DNA of 64,000 nucleotides, from assembly GCA_964465125.1 (NCBI GenBank), contig CAYXIO010000010.1, positions 9,244 through 73,243 of the forward strand. Direction: 5' to 3'. Within the stretch, counting starts at the first letter, position 1. The number at the start of each line of letters is the position of its first letter. Shown here one piece after another: positions 54,301-61,125 of the stretch. Under the pieces are notes generated by a model. It did no database searches and was not told where the DNA came from. It saw only the letters and a program-made list of their open reading frames with translations. This stretch comes from an uncultured Planctomycetales bacterium. GTDB lineage: Bacteria; Planctomycetota; Phycisphaerae; UBA1845; Fen-1342. The position numbers were made by a program, and so were the translations under genes.

Positions 54301-56314
54301 GCTGCTGCTGGTCGAACACGACCGCGACGTGATCCGCCGAGCGGATCGGCTGCTGGACTTCGGTCCCGGCGCGGGGGTCACCGGCGGCCGGATCGTCGCG
54401 CAAGGCGTGCCCGCCGAGTTCGTCGGGGAGCATCGGCCTCCGGCCGGTGTGGCTGTCGGCGAAGCTGAAGAGGCGCCCGAGTCTCTGACGCGCGGCTACC
54501 TGTCCGGTCAGATCGCGATTCCGATCCCGCGGAATCGCCGGCCGGTGGACCACGAAACGACCTGGCTCGTCGTCCGCGGCGCGCGGCAGAACAACCTCAA
54601 GCACATCGATGTGCCCATCCCGCTTGGCCGGTTCGTCTGCATTACCGGCGTTTCCGGCTCCGGCAAGAGTTCACTGGTCAGCGACATCCTCTGGCCGGCC
54701 CTGGCCAACACGTTAAACAACGCGAGCCTGACGGTCGGCGACCACGACGACATCGAAGTCGGCACGCGGTCGAGTGCAGATGGCCCCTTCGTCGCTGCAT
54801 CGCTGCGGCGCTTCTTCGCGCGGCGCGGCGACGCGGCCATCGACAAGGTCATCAACGTCGACCAGTCGCCGATCGGCACCACGCCCACCAGCAACCCGGC
54901 CACCTACACCGGCGTCTTCGACGGCATCCGCGAGCTGTTCGCCCGGCTGCCCGACTCGAAGATGCGCGGCTACAACGCCAACCGCTTCAGCTTCAACCGC
55001 CCCGGCGGGCGCTGCGAACCGTGCGAGGGCTACGGCCAGCGGCGGATCGAGATGCACTTCATGCCCGACGTGTGGGTCGAGTGCGACACCTGTCGCGGGC
55101 GGCGTTACAACCCCGAGACGCTCGCGGTGCGCTTCAAGGGCAAGAACATCGCCGACGTGCTCGACCTACGGGTCAACGAGGCCCTGGAATTGTTCGCGAA
55201 CGTGCCGCGGCTGCGGCGGATGCTCCAGACGCTTGCCGACGTCGGCTTGGATTACGTGCAGCTCGGGCAGCCGGCGCCGACGCTCTCCGGGGGCGAGGCG
55301 CAGCGCGTGAAGCTGGCCGCGGAGTTGGGTCAGCCCGACACCGGCCGCACGTTCTACATTCTCGATGAGCCGACCACGGGGCTGCACTTCGACGACATCC
55401 GCAAGCTGCTGAGCGTGATCCACCGGCTCGTCGATCTGGGCAACTCCGTCCTCGTCGTTGAGCACAACCTCGACGTGCTGAAGTGCGCGGATTGGCTCAT
55501 CGACCTCGGCCCCGAGGCTGGCGACGATGGCGGGTATATCGTCGCCGCGGGCACGCCCGAGCAGATTGCAAATGCAGAATGCAGAAGGAAGAATGCAGAA
55601 GAATCGTCCGCCGCGGATGGGGTTTCTGCATTTTGCATTCTGCCTTCGGCATTTGCTTCACATACGGCCGCAGCGCTGCGGCCGGTACTCGCCGCCGGCC
55701 CGTACGAAGACCGCAAGCCCCACGATCCCGCCGCACACGCCGCCCGCACGCTCGCCGCGGAGAAGGCCGGCTTCGGCGACGTGGGCCGCGAGGTGCGGAT
55801 GCCGTGGCAGGTGGACGGCCGCAAGTGGCACCTTGAGCAGCGCGGCACGCGCGACGACCAGCCGCGGCGGTGGGAGCCGGCGGCGCTCGAACATGTCGTT
55901 GACCTCGTGCAGAAGACCGGGCGCGCGGCACGACCGAACGGTGCGGACAATCTGTTTGCGGCCACGAATTGGAACGAGCGCGCCAGCGTCGAAATCACCG
56001 CGCCGGAGGCGGCGTACTGGTTCCTGCACGCCCTGACTGGCGGCGAGTGGCTGCTGGAGCTGTACTTCCGCACCCCGCCGGGCACGTTCAAGTGGCGGGC
56101 CTTGGACGCCGAACTCGGCCTGAAGACGCTTGACGAGCGGAAGGATCTGGAGACCTACGGCGATTGGGCGCGGGTGGACGTGCGGCCCCGCGTGGACGGC
56201 TGGGAGGCGGTCGTTGTGTACGTCCACGACCGCACCGAGATCGACACACCCGCGTTCCGCAAGTTCATCAAGCAGGCGGTGGCCGCGTATCAAAAAGGGC
56301 TCGGGCTCGTGTGA
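51320..56314 (+). CDS. uvrA: Oversized excinuclease ABC subunit A: extra N-terminal NBD-II-type module + complete UvrA + ~220-aa C-terminal domain
   Basis: Three Walker A sites are present: [27 protein letters not shown] and [13 protein letters not shown]. There are three LSGGEAQR signatures. UvrA-specific motifs include [37 protein letters not shown], zinc modules CEACEG..CPVCEG and CEPCEG..CDTCRG, and a UvrB-binding-type [17 protein letters not shown]. The start is TTG 51320 or GTG 51338. Confidence 0.88.
   Translation: [1664 protein letters not shown]
52415..52529 (+). repeat. Lower-GC hairpin-forming insert (type G) translated in frame in uvrA
   Basis: The left arm is rich in tcagaag units (gtcagaagtgtgatagaagtcagaagtcagaagtcagagg). 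The right arm is gtacttctgacttctcacttcatacttctcacttcg. A GC-rich spacer separates them. Confidence 0.8.
53257..53405 (+). repeat. Composite insert in uvrA: (gcacgaag)x4 + two family A copies + (ccaccttc)x2
   Basis: 8-mers at 53257-53288. Family A copies at 53288-53314 and 53318-53344. ccaccttc units at 53382-53397. Translated as [48 protein letters not shown]. Confidence 0.85.
54425..54450 (+). repeat. Family A repeat copy in the uvrA NBD-I/NBD-II linker
   Basis: ggggagcatcggcctccggccggtgt, translated as GEHRPPAGV. Confidence 0.8.
55568..55656 (+). repeat. Lower-GC hairpin-forming insert (type H) translated in frame in uvrA
   Basis: Left arm gcaaatgcagaatgcagaaggaagaatgcagaag. Right arm tttctgcattttgcattctgccttcggcatttgc. 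Translated as [30 protein letters not shown]. Confidence 0.8.
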
Positions 56315-56326
56315 GGAACTTGCCCC

Positions 56327-56983
56327 ATGCTGGATGCGCTGCCCAAACGCGCGTTTTTCACCTTCGAGCTGCCGATCCAGCACATCGCGCGACCGCCGCG
56401 CATCGACGGCGACGTGAGCAAGTGGGGCCGCAAGTACCTGGTCCCGCCGCTTGTCGCGCTTGAAGACCGCGACCCGTTTGCGGATGTGTATTGGGCGTGG
56501 CACGAGGACGGCTTTTTCGCCGCGTTCGACGTGCCCAACCGCGCCGGCCGGCCGCGCTGCGACGTGTCGCACTGGTGGAAAGGCGACGGCGTCCGCCTGT
56601 GCCTGGACACTCGCGATGCCCGCGACGTGAAACGGGCGACCCGCTTCTGCCATTTCTTCTACGCCCTCCCGCTCGGCGGCGGACCGGACGGCAAGCGACC
56701 GGTGGTCGGCACGCATCGCATGAGCCACGCCAAGGAGCCGCCGCCGCCGGTCGACCTGACGCAGCTCAAGGTCGCGGCGCGCGTCGAACGCGCGGGCTAC
56801 ACGCTTGAACTCGGCCTGCCCGCAGCGTGCCTGAACGGCTGGGATCCGGTCGAGCACGGGCGGATCGGTGTCTTCTACAAGGTCAACGACCTCGTCCGCG
56901 GCGAACAGCACCTGACCGTCAACGACGATCTGGGCTGGAACGCCGACCCCAGCACCTGGGCCACCGGCGTGCTGGTGCGCTAG
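56327..56983 (+). CDS. CBM9/DOMON-like carbohydrate-binding-fold protein (tentative)
   Basis: PRIDGDVSKW...DVYWAWHEDGFFAAFDV...WWKGDGVRLCLDTRD...GYTLELGLP...GRIGVFYKVND pattern. It starts 13 nt after the uvrA stop. No signal peptide. Confidence 0.45.
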   Translation: MLDALPKRAFFTFELPIQHIARPPRIDGDVSKWGRKYLVPPLVALEDRDPFADVYWAWHEDGFFAAFDVPNRAGRPRCDVSHWWKGDGVRLCLDTRDARDVKRATRFCHFFYALPLGGGPDGKRPVVGTHRMSHAKEPPPPVDLTQLKVAARVERAGYTLELGLPAACLNGWDPVEHGRIGVFYKVNDLVRGEQHLTVNDDLGWNADPSTWATGVLVR

Positions 56984-57073
56984 GCGCGGGGGCGGACCTG
57001 GCCCTTGCGTTTTCGGCCCGGCGGGCGCAGAATAGGCGCCTAGAAAAAACCGTAATCCTTGAAAGGAGCGCCC

Positions 57074-57397
57074 ATGCTCAAACGCCGGCCGCAGATCAAC
57101 TTCCAGGTCGATGAACCGCTGAAGCTCCTGTACGACGAGGCGAAGATCGTCGGGCATTGGGTTACACGCTTCTGTGCCGCGGGCCTGCTGGTCATGGTGG
57201 AGGACCCGCGGGTGCGGGTGCGGGCCCTGCAACGTCTGCGGGACTGGGAAATCGAATACGCCGACGCCTCGCCCGACGACATTCGCGCGTTCGTGCAGGG
57301 GGCCGAAGCCGCGATGCAGCGCGCTGCTCGAGGAAGTCGGCCAGCCCCGAAAGCTCGCCCGAAGCGAAAAACGGCAACACGCGCGCGATCCGAATGA
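57074..57397 (+). CDS. Hypothetical protein
   Basis: AAGGAG lies 5 nt before ATG 57074. The first ~85 aa look protein-like. The 3' third overlaps a convergent ORF. Confidence 0.45.
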   Translation: MLKRRPQINFQVDEPLKLLYDEAKIVGHWVTRFCAAGLLVMVEDPRVRVRALQRLRDWEIEYADASPDDIRAFVQGAEAAMQRAARGSRPAPKARPKRKTATRARSE

Positions 57398-57449
57398 ACT
57401 GGGCCTCGCGCACCTGCTCCCCACAACCCTGCGTCGGCATTTGCGACAT
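57192..57449 (-). CDS. Hypothetical small ORF, convergent and overlapping 57074..57397
   Basis: AAGGAGG lies 9 nt before ATG 57449. The first ~45 aa look protein-like (MSQMPTQGCGEQVREAQFIRIARVLPFFASGELSGLADFLEQ). The remainder is Arg/Pro-rich. Confidence 0.3.
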   Translation of the reverse strand: MSQMPTQGCGEQVREAQFIRIARVLPFFASGELSGLADFLEQRAASRLRPPARTRECRRARRRRIRFPSPADVAGPAPAPAGPPP

Positions 57450-57861
57450 GGTCACACACCTCCTTCGTTGACCATTTCCACGCCGCCGCGCCGGGACGCA
57501 CCCGTAACGCGCAGCGGCTTCTCACGCGGGCGGCACGCCTTCCGTGGCGTCCGATTCCCTGGCCTGGCCGACCCGCCGGATTCGGGGAGGCATTCGCGAC
57601 AGCGAATCCGACGGTGTCAGTGTACGGTATTTGTTAGGTCATGTAAAGCCCAACCTCACCGCCTTTCGGCGGCGTTCTTCCGCTGGCTCCGCCGCCCTGT
57701 CGCACGAATCGCGATGTTGCATCCGTGAAACATTGCTAGGCGCGCAATCGCCCCATCGGCGGACAAAGCCTGGGGTAAACACCTGTAACATTAGGATTTA
57801 CCCCAATACGCGGAGTCGCTTTGGTGCAGTGACGCAGAATCACCGCATCGTATCTGGGTGC

Positions 57862-57890
57862 GGAGCTGGGGCCTCCGGCCCGTGCGAATC
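57862..57890 (+). repeat. Degenerate family A repeat copy in the radical-SAM leader
   Basis: ggagctggggcctccggcccgtgcgaatc. Confidence 0.65.
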
Positions 57891-58093
57891 CCGGCGCGCG
57901 GCTCGTCGCGCGAACTCGGCACAGATCCGCGCACGTCCGGGTCGACGCAGGCCGGGGCGCGACGTAGAATCTCCCACTGTTGGGCCGGACAGACTGATCA
58001 GGTATGTAGCGCCCGCGCTAGCCAGGAGCCGTGCGCGATCTTCTGGCGCCTGTGCCGGCTGGCGAGCACCTGCGGCGCGCATGAAAGGCAAGC

Positions 58094-60031
58094 ATGGAAC
58101 TTCCCCGCCGTGACCGCGGCGATGAGTTGTGCCGACCGGGCGAGTTGGGTGCGTTGCGCGACCGGCTGCGGGCGCTTTCGCGCCGCCATGAGCTGGTCAC
58201 CGTGATCGCGTGCGCGTTCGATCACCGCACGCGTATGCTGCCGTTCATCTATGCCGACACGCGCATGGCGCCGGCGGGCGCACGGGCGATCGGCGCGGCC
58301 CTGGCCGACGCCGGCTTCGCGAAGACGCGCATCGTCCTCCAACAATGGAACCCGAACTTCCGTCCGGCCGAGATGCGCCTCGACGGCCGCGTGCCCGATC
58401 TGTTCCTGGTCTCGAGCATGCAGATCCATACCGCGGCGTGCCATGCGCTCATCCGCGACGCGTGCCGCATCGACCCCGCGCACCGTCCGTTGATCGTCGC
58501 CGGCGGTCCGAAGGTCGTGTACGAACCCTGGGACGTGTTCGGTGCGGAGGCGCGCGCTGCCTGGGGCCCCGATGTGGCCGTGACCGGCGAGGAATTCGTC
58601 CTGCTCAGCCTGCTGGAGCGGCTACTGGAGTTGCGGGGCGGCGCTGAGGGGATGCGCAGCACGTTTCAGCGTGCGCGGGATACCGGGCTGCTCGCGGACA
58701 TTCCAGGGTTGGTATACGCCCGCTTCGCTCCAAACGGCGCGACGGACGCGCTGATCGATACCGGCGTGCAACGCCTGGTCGGCGACCTCGATGAGCTGCC
58801 GCATCCCGCGCTGGGCTTCCGCCTGCTCGAAGCGCCGAGCCGGCGTACGACGTTGCAGTCGCGGGCGCTCGCGGCCGACCAGGTGCGCCGCCATACCCCG
58901 ATCGCCGCGCTGGTCCTGACGTTTGGCTGCAAGTTCAACTGCCCCTATTGCCCGATCCCCGCGTACAATCAGCGGCAGCACCGGGTGAAGAGCGGGGCAC
59001 GCGTCGCCGCTGAGTTTGTGCGCCTGCACCGCGAGTATGGGCTGCGGTACTACTTCGGTGCGGACGACAATTTCTTCAACCACAAGCAACGCACGCTCGA
59101 GATCGTCGAGACGCTCGCCCGGACGGAAATCGACGGCCGGCCCATCCGGAAGCAGGTGCGCTGGGGCACGGAAGTCACGGTCCACGACACGCTCCAATTG
59201 CGCGACCACCTGGCGACGGTCCGAACCGCCGGCGTGCGGGCCCTGTGGCTGGGCGTCGAGGACCTGACCGCCACGCTGGTCAACAAGGGCCAGAGCGTGG
59301 ACAAGACGGCCGAGGCGTTCGGTCTGCTGCGGCAACGCGGCATCTGCCCGATGCCGATGATGATGCACCACGACACGCAGCCGCTGTTGACGCGCGGCGG
59401 CGCCTATGGGCTGCTGAATCAGGTGCGGTTGCTCCGCAAGGCCGGAGCGATCAGCCTGCAAGTTCTGATGATGACGCCGGCCACTGGTTCGCGCTTCTAC
59501 GAAGGTGCGTATCGCGAAGGGCGCGTCTACGCCCGCGCGGGCGACCGGCGCGTCGAGCCCTACATGTTGGATGCCAACTACGTCGTCGCCTCGGAGCACC
59601 GGCAGCCGTGGCGCAAGCAGCTCAACATCATGGCCGCGTACCTGTATTTCTATAACCCGCTGCGGTTCCTGTGGGCCATCGTGCGCCCGAAGAGCAAGTT
59701 GTATCTCGCGGACGCATTCATGCAACTCCTCGGCATGGCGGGCCTGCTGCGCACGATTCGGCGCACCTTCGGCTGGGCCATGTGCCTGTGGCGCGGCGAC
59801 ATTCGTCGGCACACCTGCGTTCCGGTCGGTGCGCTGCCGCTCCAGGCGGTCGACGGGGGCCGCGCTGCTCATGCGTTGCCCGGCTTGTCCGCCGCGGGCC
59901 AGCCGGAGGCTCTGCCCCGGATCACACGGCGCAGGACAGCGGCCGCCCTGGGCGTAACCGATGCCCGCGCTATGGATGCGGCCGCGCCGTCCGTAATGGC
60001 GTTGCCCTTGAGAATGGACGCGGCGACATAA
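58094..60031 (+). CDS. B12-binding-domain radical SAM protein (class B type)
   Basis: N-terminal flavodoxin-like/B12-type fold (LVTVIACAF...DLFLVSSMQIHT...LIVAGGPKV). Radical SAM cluster motif FGCKFNCPYCPIP. C-terminal amphipathic/hydrophobic extension (LNIMAAYLYFYNPLRFLWAIV...). Confidence 0.8.
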   Translation: MELPRRDRGDELCRPGELGALRDRLRALSRRHELVTVIACAFDHRTRMLPFIYADTRMAPAGARAIGAALADAGFAKTRIVLQQWNPNFRPAEMRLDGRVPDLFLVSSMQIHTAACHALIRDACRIDPAHRPLIVAGGPKVVYEPWDVFGAEARAAWGPDVAVTGEEFVLLSLLERLLELRGGAEGMRSTFQRARDTGLLADIPGLVYARFAPNGATDALIDTGVQRLVGDLDELPHPALGFRLLEAPSRRTTLQSRALAADQVRRHTPIAALVLTFGCKFNCPYCPIPAYNQRQHRVKSGARVAAEFVRLHREYGLRYYFGADDNFFNHKQRTLEIVETLARTEIDGRPIRKQVRWGTEVTVHDTLQLRDHLATVRTAGVRALWLGVEDLTATLVNKGQSVDKTAEAFGLLRQRGICPMPMMMHHDTQPLLTRGGAYGLLNQVRLLRKAGAISLQVLMMTPATGSRFYEGAYREGRVYARAGDRRVEPYMLDANYVVASEHRQPWRKQLNIMAAYLYFYNPLRFLWAIVRPKSKLYLADAFMQLLGMAGLLRTIRRTFGWAMCLWRGDIRRHTCVPVGALPLQAVDGGRAAHALPGLSAAGQPEALPRITRRRTAAALGVTDARAMDAAAPSVMALPLRMDAAT

Positions 60032-60106
60032 GGCCCGGTGCGGCTGGCGCGGCGCGCCCGCGGGAGCGGAAGGGCTCATGGCGCATATCCCAGGATCGCC
60101 GCAGCT

Positions 60107-60225
60107 TGCTGAATCAACGTGCGCGCATGGGCGGCGCCTGTCCGAGCCGCGCGCGCCAGCTCGCGGACAAAGTTGCGACCGCTCGCGCGGTCGGCTCGGA
60201 CCTGCGCCGCCGAATCGCGCACGGT
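60107..60225 (+). repeat. MITE-like 119-nt palindromic element, family C, copy 2
   Basis: gctgaatcaacgtgcgcgcatgg...ccgaatcgcgcacggtg. It has the same length and orientation as 42649-42767, with scattered substitutions. Confidence 0.85.
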
Positions 60226-60294
60226 GATTCAGTTTCTGGCAGCGTTCTTGGCAACCGACCCGAGAGATGCCTTATTTGCGACGACTTACGTTAG

Positions 60295-60330
60295 TGGAGC
60301 CGATGAGATTCGAACTCACGACCTCTTGCA
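60295..60330 (-). other. tRNA-like T-arm plus 3' acceptor strand without a recognisable 5' half
   Basis: The minus strand reads aagaggtcGTGAGttcgaatCTCATcggctccA. This is a canonical T-stem/loop, a 7-nt acceptor strand and discriminator A. No complementary ggagccg/ggggccg lies within about 430 nt upstream. Confidence 0.5.
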
Positions 60331-61125
60331 TGCCATGCGGTTCCCGAAACCGTCGCACTACGTAAATATCGCTGCTTTGAGCCATTACGCCAGGGCCTGA
60401 TCGCAGCGAATACCGTACAATACCCGTAAATGCAGCCGTGTGAGTGTAGCATACTATGGAGTCCGCAAGTTGGACTACATCGCCTTGCCACGCGGCCGTG
60501 AGAACCGCTGTTGCCGGACAGGCGGTGTCGTGTAAGTTCCGGACTCCTTAGTAAGTGTAGATGAAGACCTCCTTGCTGGCGCGGAAAGGCGATCTTCGGT
60601 TCGCCATGTTGCGCTTCACGGTGGCTGCTCCAGACAATCCGATGGTCGTTTGTCAGCGCCTGCGGGGCCAGTTCTGCACCGATGCTCATCGCTCCTCCGC
60701 CAGGCTGGCTTCAGCGTCGCCATGATACACGCGGGACGGCGCGGGCGCAAGGCTGCATTTTGGCGCCGCTGTGGCGCCGCGCGCAGATCGGCCGCGTCCA
60801 CTGCCAGCGGTTTCTGGGTGGACTGCTGCGGCACTACTACCATGAGGCGGCGTGAGCGTTCCGCGCAGTAAACCTCCACCCGGCGGCGGCGGGGCCGCCG
60901 GAAGAACTGCCTCTCAACCACGCGCCGCAGCTCGGTGGCGTTCGTTGCCGGCGATTCCTCGGCGGACTGCTGCGGCATTACTACCGCGACGCAGCTTGAG
61001 CCCTCGTGCCCTGGTGGCCTCGATACACGGGGTTGTCCCGCCGTCATCCGGGGCGTATCGTGATGAGCGGAGCCGCGGGGCACACGGCCAGATCGAGCTG
61101 ACCCCGCCCCACGGAAGGTCTACTT

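Noticed and set aside
55658-57424. 588-aa minus-strand ORF (also 58622..60079 -, 34929..36218 +, 36273..37145 +, 28815..30269 +, 60852..62132 +, 61120..62238 -)
   Set aside because: All are antisense or shadow frames of confidently identified genes (uvrA, radical SAM, uvrB, VTT/ABC, pilT) or run through repeat-rich non-coding DNA.
57862-58035. Possible cobalamin riboswitch upstream of the B12-type radical SAM gene (gtgcgaatcc, cccactgt and agccaggagccgtgcg occur in the right order)
   Set aside because: The gtgcgaatc part belongs to the family A repeat, which occurs in coding and other intergenic sites. The GGGAA and GCCACTG...GGGAAGG elements are missing. The B12-box-like 16-mer matches the consensus only partially. 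An Rfam RF00174 scan would settle it.
60291-60689. 132-aa minus-strand ORF
   Set aside because: It ends in GREFESHRLH, the translation of a tRNA-like T-arm. The region is better explained as structured RNA or a remnant.
60295-60700. Calling this a canonical one-piece tmRNA (ssrA) gene
   Set aside because: No GGGG-type 5' acceptor strand complementary to cggctcc is present on the minus strand within 60600-60760. The best partner (ggagcgatg at 60695) needs a bulge and gives A3-U70 instead of the G3.U70 required for alanylation. No convincing tag ORF was found. It is kept only as an unresolved candidate.
60616-61083. 155-aa minus-strand ORF between the tRNA-like element and pilT
   Set aside because: The sequence is Arg/Pro-rich and built partly from the 22-nt direct repeats. 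It has no SD and no motifs.
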